This document shows, piece by piece, positions 39,910-51,655 of a stretch of DNA of 64,000 nt; position 1 is the first letter of the stretch; every line of letters starts with the position of its first letter. The DNA is from Fistulifera solaris. Lineage: Eukaryota. The notes beneath the pieces are model-generated. The model was given only the letters and a program-made list of their open reading frames with translations. It was not told the origin of the DNA and searched no databases. Both the position numbers and the translations under genes were made by a program. The DNA lies in NCBI GenBank assembly GCA_030295235.1, contig AP026153.1, forward strand, positions 62,001 to 126,000, in the 5' to 3' direction.

Positions 39910-40651
39910 CAGGCCTCTTTATATCCGTTTTCACCCGAAAACACGGAAATAAGGTATTTTCGGAGACCTGGTAGATTTATTTTCGGTTAAATCCGGATTT
40001 TACGTAGAGCTACGTAGAATATGTACTGACTAACACATTAGCCCTGCTAGACAATCGTTTTGCTAAGTTCACTTCATCCACAACTGTTTACAACAAGCTA
40101 AATAATTATTAGACTAATCAAATTGCTTGCTTTTGTGCCTTAACGTCGCTTACTGCAAGCCACCGAGATGCGTGGCGCTAACTATTGCCAGCTGCAACTT
40201 TATCAATGGAGCACTTGCCATCACGAAAACATTTTGTTTTTGACTTTAATTTAGTTTGTGCGCTTTCATGTCGGAAATTATTTCTTTCGCAGCACCAATG
40301 TCGTCAACTATATTACACAAAGCTTTCGCCGATCATTTATCAACCCCTCAAGAAAGACAACATCTTGATTGTAACAATGATGAGGCTTTTCTAAAATCTC
40401 TATTATCAGTCTGTTCTATGTTTGCATGACCTGGTTGAATATAGTTGCATAGAGCTTCGTATATTGTGTGCTAAAGAACGAACCACCATAGTTTTTACCA
40501 AGATTATGGTACAGGTTCTCATCCGTTACACCCTCTCCCACACTCACTCGCAATACGGAAACACGGAATTAGGTTAAATTCGGGGGTCCTGAAACCTTAA
40601 ATCCGAGTATTTTCGGGATTTTTCGTAAAAACCCGAAAATAAAGTGGCCTG
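39910..40651 (-). mobile_element. hAT-like non-autonomous element E1 (742 bp)
   Basis: TIRs CAGGCCTCTTTAT...ATAAAGTGGCCTG (1 mismatch), 8-bp TSD GTCGTCAG at 39902-39909 and 40652-40659, and subterminal CGGAAA/CCGAAAA repeats. Orientation is inferred from a motif shared with E2. Confidence 0.85.
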
Positions 40652-40666
40652 GTCGTCAGTCGTCAG

Positions 40667-42053
40667 CAGGCCTCTTTATTCTGGTCAAATGACCAAAATA
40701 ATAGCATTTTCGCCAAAATAGTGCTGAAAATATGACCAAAATAAGGTATTTTGGTATTTTGGTCATGCAATTTATTATGATTTCTGCTTAGCAAGTATGT
40801 TGTTTTCTGAGTAGTTGAATTCTATTTACTATGCTTTTTACTGCACCGCGAATGTCTCTGTACGATTGAGTGTTTTGACGCAGTTTTTGCACGCCATACA
40901 TTCGTTTTTTTATTGACCTTTGCCGCCCTTCTTCAATATTCAAAAATAGGAGGGTGATTCACTTGAACACAGCGCAAGTGTTGCTTAAAAGGAACTCCGA
41001 CGGATTGATTTGGAGCAGGGGATTTGAGTGTGGAGGATGTTTGCACGCTTGGGCCTGATTGCTCGGCATTTCCCCGCCTACTGCCATTATGTTTCAATGT
41101 TTGCATTGACATATTGTCTTCCGCCAGGAGGATGGATGTTGGATGTTCCGTAAAAATAAGGAGACAAGGAACGGACGGCTTCTAATGGCTTCATAATACC
41201 GTGGTTGGATGCATATGCCCTCGAAGTTACAACAATGGATGGCGACAAAATCGTCTGGGCGGCATGCAAATTCTGTCTCGAATGTGGACGCGATACGCCG
41301 TCTCCCAAGCCCAAGAACGGATGTCAACAATCTTTTCGCCATCGACGCTTCTTAACATTGGCACAGTAACTAGTTGAAAATTCACGTTGAAAGCCAGAAA
41401 TATACGAGGAGTAAAAGAAAATGACGAAGAAAGAAAAGCGTGCGTTATTTAATGAAAAGATCAAAGCGAAGAAATCTTTTATTGTGAACCGCCGAGCTAG
41501 CAACGTCTGCTTCGAAAGTACACTCCCCTTCAGCTCTTGGAGATTGAAAAGCAGTTTTACGCCTTGCTGACTCGCCGCCGAGAGTCTGCCGCTTTTCCTA
41601 TTCAATGCAGAATGATGCACACGGAGACTTCGCCAGTGACAAGTTCGAGATGTGCTGGCAGAGTGTGGGCCCGGGGTTTGTATTTCTGAAGGATTTTTAT
41701 GGTAGCATTGCAGCGATGATGGCGGGAATTGCATCTGTCGAGTCTGACTTTCCAGAGCAAGCGGATCAGAGGCAGTAATTCCAGTTCGATGACAGACTTT
41801 ACGTTGGAGCCTATGTTGCATTGCAATCCGTATGATGATTTCTTTGAGATGTTTCTGAATTTGGGAGGTTTGCAATGTTCTTTTTAGTGATGTGAATGGG
41901 AAACACCCGTAATATTACGTGATGAGATTTACATGGTACATTTTCTACGTAGTTCTACGTGAAAAGCTAAAATAAACCAAAATAACTTTGAAAATATGAC
42001 CAAAATAACCTATTTTGGTATTTTGGTCACGAAAGCCAAAATAAAGAGGCCTG
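40667..42053 (+). mobile_element. hAT-like deletion-derivative element E2 (1387 bp) with a transposase N-terminal zinc-finger remnant
   Basis: Perfect TIRs CAGGCCTCTTTATT...AATAAAGAGGCCTG and TSD GTCGTCAG at 40659-40666 and 42054-42061. A 41-bp GACCAAAATA block lies at 40725-40765 and 41989-42029. The + frame from 41202 reads WLDAYALEV..WAACKFCLECGRD. Confidence 0.85.
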
Positions 42054-42722
42054 GTCGTCAGGCTTTCCTACGACATAGTACCAAGAGTCAAGAGTACTCC
42101 GGGGTATTAATAATGGTAGGTCCGATCAAATCCGCCATTGTACTAACAATATCAAGCGAATAAGTCCCAATAGCATTCTCCGGGAAATATACTGTACTAC
42201 TAATGTACCGACGAACAAGGAAGAATCCGAAATTACGGAAAATCGCAGAAACTGTCGTCGCGACTCCGCGCCCCCGCAGCTGCTACGAGAATTCTACACG
42301 AATTTCGTACTGGACTTGGCGAGCTCCCCCGAGACCCTGTTTGTACCGGATTCTACGTGCGAGGTACGAGAGGAACTGGCGACGATGATTTTGACGGCAA
42401 ACAACACGAGACGACGGCCACCGCACCGTACAAACTGGGAAAATTTTTATGGAGGAGACCTCGAGCAGCGTTGCATTGCGTTTGCGTCTCCCTTTCTTCT
42501 TCTTGCCGTTTCGTGGTGTTGTTCTCGAGAACTGATTCTCCCGACCAATCAACGAAAATAGAGTCCACGGAGTCATTGAAATTCACTTTCTTGCAAAGTA
42601 TTCAAAATCATTTGTTCATTGGTTTTTACTGGAAAGAAGCAACGAGAGAGAGAGAGCTTGTCTTTGCAGCCAACCAGGATTGTTGTTGTGAAATCCTTTC
42701 ATAACATCTTTCCCATCCTACA

Positions 42723-43625
42723 ATGCCACCCCACGCCGATTTTACTGACAACAAACCCATTAAACACAAACGCCGGTATTGTCGTTCCGAAGGATGTACG
42801 AATATAGTCAAGTCGCAAGGCCTCTGTCAACGACACGGCGCCAAACCCCGCATGTGCAAAGTCGAACAGTGCAGTAAACAGGCACAGGGCAATTTTGATG
42901 GCATGTGCAAATCGCATTTCAAGGCCTTGAAACGCGTCATACCGGTGGAAGCGGCTGCTACAACAACAGCAACGCGACCGACGGGACGATCTTCGGTCTA
43001 TGACACGATACTGCCGGCCAGTATGATGTGGAACCCGGAATCGGGCACACCGATGCCCTTGGTGGAGCATTTGGCGTGTGGGTTTCAAGACCAACCACCG
43101 GCGTGGCATCGCAATGAAGAACGACTCGCCCGCGGTTTACCGCCCGTTCACAACATTGCCACGCAATTGGAAGCGTGGGAAAAAGAACTCGTCTGGACCG
43201 AAATTTTGCTACTGACGGGCAATCCCGAATCGAGTTTTCGGCATTTGGCCCGCGGATGGGGTCGCGACAAAGGATTTCATACCGTCTTGGCACAATCGAT
43301 TTGTGAACGACGGGGGAATGTGGAACGCAAGAAGAAGCGCAAACGGGACGATGATGAAGAACAAGAGAATGAAGATGATGAAGAAGAAGAACCGACGGAA
43401 CCGATTCATATTGATGTGTACGATGAAGCTGTGTATGGGGATTACCATGAAGCCTTGGCGGCCGATTTGTTTTGTTTTTCTACCCAACAAAGTCCTCCTC
43501 ATAACATGTTTTCTTCTACGTTGGACGAATCAACATCGTCTCATTTGGAGCCTTTGACGCTGCATTCTACAACAACTCTCAATCGAGAGAATCATCCTTT
43601 CAAGGAAGAAGAAGAAGAAGTATAA
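42723..43625 (+). CDS. WRKY19-like C3H zinc-finger repeat protein
   Basis: CRSEGCTNIVKSQGLCQRHG and CKVEQCSKQAQGNFDGMCKSH repeats. Confidence 0.7.
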   Translation: MPPHADFTDNKPIKHKRRYCRSEGCTNIVKSQGLCQRHGAKPRMCKVEQCSKQAQGNFDGMCKSHFKALKRVIPVEAAATTTATRPTGRSSVYDTILPASMMWNPESGTPMPLVEHLACGFQDQPPAWHRNEERLARGLPPVHNIATQLEAWEKELVWTEILLLTGNPESSFRHLARGWGRDKGFHTVLAQSICERRGNVERKKKRKRDDDEEQENEDDEEEEPTEPIHIDVYDEAVYGDYHEALAADLFCFSTQQSPPHNMFSSTLDESTSSHLEPLTLHSTTTLNRENHPFKEEEEEV

Positions 43626-43795
43626 CTTGCTTTAAAAAAAATTGTAGTTGGATAGTCTCATTTCTGGCTCCGACGTACTCAGCTCAATCTCTTTCGAGGG
43701 CTACCATTCTTTGTCGTTCCCTGAATCATCGCAACTTCCTGCTTCTACAAATACGAATACTACTTTGTCTACTACCACTACTTCTACTCATTATT

Positions 43796-44107
43796 TTAGA
43801 AACCATGCAAGACGATACTTTCGGCATGACAAATTTCTTGGGCCGTCAAAAATTCCTTGACATTCGTGCGTTGATCTCCACTGAGTTGAATGACTTCACC
43901 GGCATCTTCATCTTGTTGGACGGCCCCGTTGCACGAAAACGTTTTTTTGAAGGCTTTGCAGATGCGTTTAATGTCCAAATCGTCCGCGAGGCCCGCCACC
44001 GTCGTGATACATTTCCGTCCGTTGCGTTGTTGGACCCGCACGTGGACCTTTTCTTCCGTCGTGACACCGCCTTTGTCACCGGCGTCTTCGAAGGCGTCTG
44101 TATTCAT
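43796..44107 (-). CDS. SUI1: Translation initiation factor eIF1/SUI1
   Basis: VHVRVQQRNGRKCITTVAGL..KKTFSCNG..VIQLSGDQR..IVLHGF. Confidence 0.95.
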   Translation of the reverse strand: MNTDAFEDAGDKGGVTTEEKVHVRVQQRNGRKCITTVAGLADDLDIKRICKAFKKTFSCNGAVQQDEDAGEVIQLSGDQRTNVKEFLTAQEICHAESIVLHGF

Positions 44108-44978
44108 TTTGTTATTTTGTTGAATGAATGAATAATGTGAGAAGAACGGAACCAAAGTATAGTAACGAATGGGAGCGAGTGTGAGAAACACCCACAAGCT
44201 CTCGCAATCATCCATTTTGACACATTTTGAAACGTACCAAACGCATTGAAATTCATTTGTGCCGTTGTCATGATGCTAGCTAGCTAGAACTGTAAAGAAA
44301 TGGATTGAATCTAAGGTTGGTGGACGTGGACGAGGACGAGGAATACGAATGCGGTGCTCTGGGTGTTTGGTTACTTTTCAACACAACGCGGCCAGGAGAG
44401 GCCTCCTCATGGTGGGAGCAGTGCAACACGCTTGCGATTGCGGACGGATGGACAGTCCGTTTATGCCGATCCTTGCTGTTTCTGGAACTGTTCCTCCTTT
44501 TGTACACTTTCTTTCATATCCAACTTATCCTTTCTTCCATCGAATTCGATGAACGGTCTTCCTTTCGGACGATCTACAGGATGCTGTGTCACTCTGTACA
44601 GTATTCGTCTATGATCCAAGAATGCTCTGAATTTCATTGGTGGAAACAAAGTCGGAGTCGAATGACTGTCTGTTGGAGTGTATTCGCCAAGACAATGGGC
44701 TGACGTGACCGATCTCCAGTCATTCGGCGGAGGTGGTTCGATTTCGAAAAGCGCGCCATGGTGTGCGTAAGCATTATATTTCGACGCGACGTTCCTTTTG
44801 TTTTGCGCCCTTTTCCAGCCAACAAAAAAAAAAAAAAAGGAAAAGAGACCGAGTAACAAACGCCCATAGAAACGACTTGCAAACACAAGCCTTTCGATCG
44901 ATGTTCCTTTCGTATTAGAAAACAACTAAACATTTCTTTCTTTTTTCGTTCAAAATTACCATTCTTTTAGATAAAAGA

Positions 44979-47102
44979 ATGAATGGTAGTTATTTGGCGT
45001 TTCCCGGAGAAGAAGGAACATCTGCTGAAAGTGATCTTTATCATCATGCGACACGCAACAATAATCAGGCGCAACATTCGTTTTTAGGAGAATCATCGCA
45101 ATTGCAAGTGCAGCAACCAACATTATATGCCGCGGCAGCGTATAATCCGCAATACACTACTTTCACACAAGATCATCATTCCCTTTACATGCCGGCTCAT
45201 TTGCCCGACACTTTGAATCATCCTCCTTCGCTTCATAACACTACTACTACGTATTCGTCTCTGCCACACAACAACGCCTTGAAAGACTATCCGGCGTATC
45301 ATTTAGCACAATTTGCTGCCGCCGATTCCTATCACAACAACACTTTACAACCACCCAACAATCTACTGTCGTATCACGAAACCGACGCCCCCGATCCTCT
45401 CTTGTTCATGACCAGTCTTTTGTCTTCTTCGACTACTGCTATAGACAAATCATCCTCCGAGGAATTCGTCATGCCTCCGTGGCTCAACGAACTAACAATT
45501 CCGTGTTCAGCATTGTCGTTGACACCCTTGACAGGAAAGGAAGTCGTCCAACGCGTGCAATGGTGTATGAACGATGTTCTCACGCGCTACATTCCGTGCG
45601 TCGATTTCTTGGTCGAATGTCAACAGTCGTTGCGGAAAGGATTGGCCGTCGCGACGCGTCGGATACGACGACAAGAAGCGTTGACGCCCGTCCAATTTTG
45701 TACGACCTTTGTGGAACCATTGCCGGGACAATTTTATGCCAAATCGTCCACGACGATGGAACAAGGTGCCCTCCAGGAGGCGGTCCGGGAATTGCAGACG
45801 TTGGTGAATGATGCACGGAATTGTATACGACAAGGTTCGGAAGCCGTGAAAAATACGTTCTTGGGAGGAATGAAAGATGGAGAATCGTGGGGATTGCGGA
45901 AATGGTTGTCACGGCACGGGAATGCTTTACGCATCTGTACCGATCTCGAGTGTTTGTTGGCGGCGTGCAAACAATTGGATCGGGCTTGTACGAAAACACA
46001 ACAACTGGCGCGGTTGTTACGACCGATGGCGCAGCGAACGTTGGAACAATTGAAGAGGGAGATTCCGGCGTCGTATCAAGAAGTCAGTGCCGCGCATCCC
46101 TATTTGCCCTTTTTTCATCGTCTCGAAGCGGCGTTGCGGAACATGTCGCAATTTGATCCCGAAGAAGAAGCAGTCATTTGTATTGATGATGATTCGGATG
46201 ATGACGATGAAATTGAAGTCTACAATGCACCACCTCCGCCCCGAAAGCGCAAGCAACAGGAAGTGGTGATGGATGTGAGCAGCCCGAAATTGCCGCCAAT
46301 GAAAGAAGCGAAAATGGATCCACAGACGATTGCGGTGCAAAATAATGACGAGAGCTCTTCGGGAGAATCCGAAGATGATAGTGTCGTGGAAATTGTGGAC
46401 GTCAAGCCATCGACCATGCAACGGCACGTTCCCGTGTCGAGAAGTCCGAGTGATTCAACACATAACTGGCCGGTTCCGATCGATGAACCATACGCCAAAT
46501 CCACTGCCGAGGCCTTGGCCAACAGTATCGAGCAACTGGCGGTGGCCTTGGAAGAAGAAGAGCTGGTGGTTCCGCGGGTGTTGGAACGGGAACCATTTTG
46601 GAATCCGTCCAGGTTTGCCAGTGCTTTGCGTTTGTTTGCTCTCATTTTGCGACAACCCGAGGCCATCCATTTTGTCGACAATGTGAACGAAGATGCTTTG
46701 GTCGATTCGGGGCACCGACTTTTTTCACACGTCGTCAAGCATCCTTTGTGCTTTCGGGACATTCAGGCGGCGCTGATTCAGAATGACAGTCAAAGTGAAT
46801 CATCAGTTCCTCGCACCAACAATGGCAAATTGCTCAGTCCATCGCAGTGGAATATGTGGAAAGGATCGGAGCTGTTGCAAGCCATTGATCTTATTTTCTT
46901 GAATTCATTGGCGTATGGACAAGCGCTGGGAGAAGGGAAATCGCAGCATCGGTCCAAAGTCAATAAATTACGCAAAACGCTGTGGAATGGCATTCACGCC
47001 ATATTGCAAGCGGAATGTGATGCGGCCGCGCGTCGACTGCACACCCCCACACGCCGATCCGAAGACAGCGGCTTTGTCGTGTACAAAATACAGGAGAGAT
47101 GA
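44979..47102 (+). CDS. Uncharacterised 707-aa protein with a possible degenerate C-terminal bromodomain
   Basis: Uninterrupted ORF. VVKHPLCFRDI...IDLIFLNSLAY resembles bromodomain ZA/B-helix motifs; there is also a basic RKRK patch. Confidence 0.7.
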   Translation: MNGSYLAFPGEEGTSAESDLYHHATRNNNQAQHSFLGESSQLQVQQPTLYAAAAYNPQYTTFTQDHHSLYMPAHLPDTLNHPPSLHNTTTTYSSLPHNNALKDYPAYHLAQFAAADSYHNNTLQPPNNLLSYHETDAPDPLLFMTSLLSSSTTAIDKSSSEEFVMPPWLNELTIPCSALSLTPLTGKEVVQRVQWCMNDVLTRYIPCVDFLVECQQSLRKGLAVATRRIRRQEALTPVQFCTTFVEPLPGQFYAKSSTTMEQGALQEAVRELQTLVNDARNCIRQGSEAVKNTFLGGMKDGESWGLRKWLSRHGNALRICTDLECLLAACKQLDRACTKTQQLARLLRPMAQRTLEQLKREIPASYQEVSAAHPYLPFFHRLEAALRNMSQFDPEEEAVICIDDDSDDDDEIEVYNAPPPPRKRKQQEVVMDVSSPKLPPMKEAKMDPQTIAVQNNDESSSGESEDDSVVEIVDVKPSTMQRHVPVSRSPSDSTHNWPVPIDEPYAKSTAEALANSIEQLAVALEEEELVVPRVLEREPFWNPSRFASALRLFALILRQPEAIHFVDNVNEDALVDSGHRLFSHVVKHPLCFRDIQAALIQNDSQSESSVPRTNNGKLLSPSQWNMWKGSELLQAIDLIFLNSLAYGQALGEGKSQHRSKVNKLRKTLWNGIHAILQAECDAAARRLHTPTRRSEDSGFVVYKIQER

Positions 47103-47171
47103 CATAATAATAAGCATTATAGTGTTATTATGAGTTCCATGCTACAATGAGAATGCGTGTTTTACCAAGTC

Positions 47172-48638
47172 TTATGTTTCACTATTTGTCTCGGACAAGG
47201 GCGGTGCGGGAGGCCATTTGCGCGATTGCCGCGTAAATTCGCGGAATTGACGGTCCTGCACTTGCGTATGAGGCCATAAATCCGGTCGACTGACACTTTG
47301 TCTCCGTATCACCGGTGCCCCCTTGCGCGCCGAGCGATTGTAAAACAAGACGTACGCCGAACTTTGATTCCGTCGAAACGCTCGTTCCTCCAGTTCGTGG
47401 CACCGCGTGTCATTGAATTCGTACCATTGTTCCGAAAATCGATTCAAGGCGTACGCGGTGTAATGTCCCGAGCCGAGGTTTCCCACGTGATTGGAGAGTG
47501 CGTATAAATCAAAGAGGGGATATTCACTGCCTTGACTTAGGACGTGCCGTGACAGATCCCAATTCCGGACGGGATATGCAATGGGAGCTTCATTTTTGGA
47601 TCCCATGCGACCATTTTCTTTGAATTTGAATCGTTTCAAATGAACAATGAGAATTGGCGGCAAAATCCACAAATCGGTCTTTTTGGTGGCATCCCGATGT
47701 TTTTGACATTGCGAACAGTACCACTGATTTTCTCCCGACAAGGTTTCTTTGGCCAAATACAAACGGAGACAATCTTCCAACGACCGACAATGGGCCGATA
47801 TGGGCAATGACAAATACATGAATGGTTCGAAACGAATGTTTTTGTGACGGCATTTTAAACACTGGACCTCACTCCGCAGCTGCCCTTGAAAGATATCGAC
47901 AATCAAGGATTTGTCCCGACATAAATAATTTTTCCAGGCTTCAATGGCATCTTGTTCATCATTCGTTCCATCACAGTCTTTATCTTCGATATAAGGTTTC
48001 TTTTTAATGCGATTCAAATCTTCATGAATCCCATCCAACAGAAACGAAAGTAATTCTTGCGCGTCGTGTTGATGATATCCTTTGAATTGCGGTGCAAATT
48101 GTTCCAATTGAGCTTTGAACGCGACGGGCGATACGGTCGATTGCCGTCCCAACCACAAGTCTTTCATCAAGGCCGCGTACGCCGTCACTAATTTCCCACC
48201 CGTTCCCAAAAAATTGTCGTGATTGATTTCGGACCGATAATCGTAACCCAAAAAATAGTCCGTCAACGGAATTGTCGCACTCAAACATTGGATACTGGAA
48301 TTGAGAAAACAAGTATTTCCCAAATTGGTCAAGCCAATGACACCCAATGGCGTGTTATCACGGGACTTTTGCATAATTTCTTGAAATTGGGAGGCAACGG
48401 CATCGGACACGTGATTGTAATTGCGGGCACGTTGGGTCGGTGAATGGGGAATTCGTGAATTAACGCGCAAGAACGAAGGACGGAATGATCGGCGTCGTTT
48501 GAGTCCGTTGGGTGTTGTAGTATTGTTGGTTGTTGTGTTGATATTGCGACTCTTGGATCGTGTACGAGGACCGTTTGGCTTCGTGTCATCGTCGTCTTTC
48601 ATCTCTTCGGCATTCATTTTTGAACAGGAATCGCCCAT
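47172..48638 (-). CDS. Ubiquitin-specific protease (peptidase C19)
   Basis: Cys box GLTNLGNTCFLNS, QHDAQE, LIVHLKRF, and His box HVG..GHYTAY..WYEFND. Confidence 0.95.
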   Translation of the reverse strand: MGDSCSKMNAEEMKDDDDTKPNGPRTRSKSRNINTTTNNTTTPNGLKRRRSFRPSFLRVNSRIPHSPTQRARNYNHVSDAVASQFQEIMQKSRDNTPLGVIGLTNLGNTCFLNSSIQCLSATIPLTDYFLGYDYRSEINHDNFLGTGGKLVTAYAALMKDLWLGRQSTVSPVAFKAQLEQFAPQFKGYHQHDAQELLSFLLDGIHEDLNRIKKKPYIEDKDCDGTNDEQDAIEAWKNYLCRDKSLIVDIFQGQLRSEVQCLKCRHKNIRFEPFMYLSLPISAHCRSLEDCLRLYLAKETLSGENQWYCSQCQKHRDATKKTDLWILPPILIVHLKRFKFKENGRMGSKNEAPIAYPVRNWDLSRHVLSQGSEYPLFDLYALSNHVGNLGSGHYTAYALNRFSEQWYEFNDTRCHELEERAFRRNQSSAYVLFYNRSARKGAPVIRRQSVSRPDLWPHTQVQDRQFREFTRQSRKWPPAPPLSETNSET

Positions 48639-48920
48639 ACTGATTCCTCAGCAGCAAGGTGACAACGATCCTGTTTCAGAGAGGATTTGGCTTAAAAAAG
48701 AATCACAACCAACCTTCAACTGCACTTTTCTCGTTGTTTTTGTTGTTATTGAAGTCACCCCGAAAGATCGAAATCAACGAAAAATAACGTCGGCTATCGT
48801 AGTTTTCCAGCGAGGTTCGCGGTTCGCTCTTCGTACTTGTTACAAGAGTGTAGAAAATAAAGTATACTGTCGAATGTACAAAGCCTAGTACTATATTACA
48901 CAGTGTAAATGTCCCTCCAG

Positions 48921-48938
48921 TGACGTCAAACGTGACGT
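48921..48938. promoter_or_regulatory. Tandem TGACGT(CA) bZIP/CRE-type sites upstream of the USP gene
   Basis: TGACGTCA at 48921-28 and TGACGT at 48933-38. Similar intergenic sites lie at 34691, 44701, 49861 and 62177. TGACGT is the known aureochrome/bZIP core, but function here is unproven. Confidence 0.3.
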
Positions 48939-49314
48939 CCAACGATAGGTGGAACAGGCTCCTCGCGATAAAGAGATGCCGGTTAGTCTCGACCATGCGT
49001 CGGCGAGAATAGTGTAAGAGACACTTAAGAAAGAGCAGATACACGCAAGTAGAGACGTGTCACTCTAAAAGAACCAGCTTTGCATGGAACGAGTGATTAC
49101 GGCAAGGATAGGAAAGAAGATTCGCTCTAGATCCTACTTTAGAACCTTCAAACCGTATTGAATCGAATGATAAAATGCATTCTAGCTAGGTGATTAGCTA
49201 CCTTTTCATGTCGTAAATGTAGAAAAGTCTTGCGCGATCAAGTCAAATCAAGGAGGACTACTTTCACACCTGCTTTCTAAATTTTTCTCCTACCTTCTCT
49301 TCCGAGCACTCCTT

Positions 49315-49548
49315 TCATAACCCCGCAGTTTGACAAAATCGCGTATGATTCATCAGATCCTCATTGAAACATTGTTTGGAACAATAGTAGGCCTTCTTGC
49401 ATTTCCCACATTGCAACAACCGTCCTCCGACGGCACTGTTGTGCGTGTGACACCGCGTGCACTGGTGGGTCGCAAAGCCCCATTTCTGCAAGAGTGCGGT
49501 ATCATCGAAGGGATGTTGCTGTTTCGTGGGAGGAGAAGGAGGCATTAT
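49315..49548 (-). CDS. Small MYND zinc-finger protein
   Basis: CTRC..LLQCGKCKKAYYCSKQCF...HTRFC at the C-terminus; start approximate. Confidence 0.7.
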   Translation of the reverse strand: MMPPSPPTKQQHPFDDTALLQKWGFATHQCTRCHTHNSAVGGRLLQCGKCKKAYYCSKQCFNEDLMNHTRFCQTAGL

Positions 49549-50119
49549 AACAAGTTGGTGCTTTTGATCGTGGTTTTGGAGAGAAGCTTGTATGCAAGAC
49601 GCGTCTTGGATGATGAAGGGTATGTTGGAAGAGCGACGACTCTTGTGCACTTCCAATTTTAAAAGAAAAGCTACGAAAGGAAGAGCGTGTCGAGGTTGTC
49701 AAGACTCTGACGAATGAAAGAGAGATTTTGCTTGTGCAACTGTTGTTTCGTTTGTGTGGGTCAAACAATGTTTTCGTTGATGTTTTGTGATGATCTCTGT
49801 GCACTTTATGACTGGAAATGACCCTCGTTTGTCCCGTGCCCTACAGTTCACGCCAGACTGTGACGTCGAACTGTCCTCGGAGAGTTTTTTAGTCTTGCCG
49901 GGTCTTGGGTCCTGAATCTTGAATGATGGTCTTTGCGTCGCACGTACACTGCATCATCATTACGCGACAAAAGCGACAACCCGCGACAACGACAACATCC
50001 ATTCACACGCAACAAACTAGTCTATTACGATATAGTATTTAATCCATTCTTGCGATTTCATTCTCATAAACCTGTAAACTTCTCTCTCGTTGTCCCCTTA
50101 GACTCTGGCAAACTCTAAA

Positions 50120-51102
50120 ATGGATCTCTTGGATGACTCTTCTTCATCTTCTTCTGTAGAAGACGAAGAGAAAGATGTGACGGTCGGCGTCCGAAAAGCA
50201 CGGAAATTGTTATCGTTAGCGGCCGTCTTGCCGCAATCCATTTTAGAAGAATTGACACAACAACGAGGGAATGATTCATCAGACGAGGATGATGAGCGTC
50301 CCCCATCCAGCAAGAGTCGACCCGTTTCCAAAGACCGGATTTCCAACTTTTTGGCGGAATTACAGGCGGTGCGGCCGACCTCTGTACCAGGAAACCATTC
50401 ACTCTCCCGTAGCAACCGAGTTACGACTACGTCGGATTTGGGAACCGCTTTTTTGCAAACGGCGACAGTCGTACAAAAGGAAATACGATACGGAATATTC
50501 ATCAAGAAGAGTCATCAATTACGAACGACCTTTTAGCAGAACCATCCATTCGTGCGCCGGTGAAACGGCTTTCGACGGTACGACCCGTTGTCCAATCGGC
50601 GCCTGCAATTGCACTGGAAAGGACGGCACGACCCGTTGTTTCTATTGCTCCGACTGTCGCAACGGAAAGCCCGGCCTCTCTTGCTCGTGACACCAGTGCA
50701 GCATCTCTGACGGAACCGCATTACACCGAATCCACACCAACCAACGACGACACGAATCGCAAACGCTCGCGACGAGAAATGGAAAAAGCGTTGCGAAACG
50801 GGGATTTTCAAACACTCCAAGTCACACATTATGTCGAACAAGCCAATCCCGACGCGTACGTTCCGGATCCGGAAACGTACGCGGTCCCCTAACACGGCAT
50901 TAAGGTCGTCCCGACGGCCATGTACGATCCCAAAGCGGGGACGGCGACGAATTTGGCAGCCGGCAAAGGACGTGGTAAAAATCAAATTCATCATTTAATG
51001 GCGTCGGCGGCCAATTTGGAGCTGCAGCGTGCCCGGGGGATGGCGGCGTCATCGAATGCTTCGAGTCATCGGGCCAACGCCAAACAAAAGTACGGTTGGT
51101 AA
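50120..51102 (+). CDS. PRCC-like protein (frameshifts)
   Basis: The C-terminal KNQIHHLMASA..ELQ..RANAKQKYGW matches the PRCC C-terminal pattern. Confidence 0.65.
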
Positions 51103-51436
51103 ACTGCTTTTCTTTAGTAAACTAGAACGCATATTTATTCATTTTCTACACTGACCTGTTAATAGGTCTAGTCAACGCTTTTACGAGATAAATTCTGAGA
51201 AATTGGCGCTGTTTGCTTAGCACACAATACTAATGAATGAAATAATAGTGAAGTCGGTTGGCAAAGTAATCTAAGAATGTTTAAACTGTAGTGAACTATC
51301 GACGATGAAGAAAAAGTGTCGAACGGCTCGTATAATGGTACATTGGTACGTTGACAGTAGGTGTCAAGCAAAAAGAACAAGAGGAAGTCAAATTGTTCGA
51401 GTGCCCAAAAGGAGGTGCGGTGGCGCTGACATTCCA

Positions 51437-51655
51437 TCACTCTTCGGAAGAATAGTGCGAGCTTTCTACCGAAACGGTGCGAACGGAGGAATCATTGTCG
51501 AGCAACGGATGTGGGTGCGCTTGTCGATAACTTCGGACGGGGCACCCCGTCGCTCGCGCCTCTTTCAGTGCTTGCTTCGTGAGTAAATGAATGCTATCGT
51601 CTAGTTGGTCAAAGTGTGCTACTGCCGCGGAGGATTTGGATGCTTGGCAACCCAT
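51437..51655 (-). CDS. 72-aa MGCxxS lipidation-motif microprotein (paralog 1)
   Basis: Shares MGC..S, DDSIH and PHPLL with 54544-54780. Confidence 0.7.
   Translation of the reverse strand: MGCQASKSSAAVAHFDQLDDSIHLLTKQALKEARATGCPVRSYRQAHPHPLLDNDSSVRTVSVESSHYSSEE

Noticed and set aside
40230..40310. Minus-strand DDIGAAKEIISDMKAHK in E1 as a hAT C-terminal remnant
   Set aside because: Too short and flanked by stops; suggestive only.
41324..41875. 183-aa minus-strand ORF inside E2
   Set aside because: No ATG start or recognisable motif; the transposase-like remnant is on the + strand.
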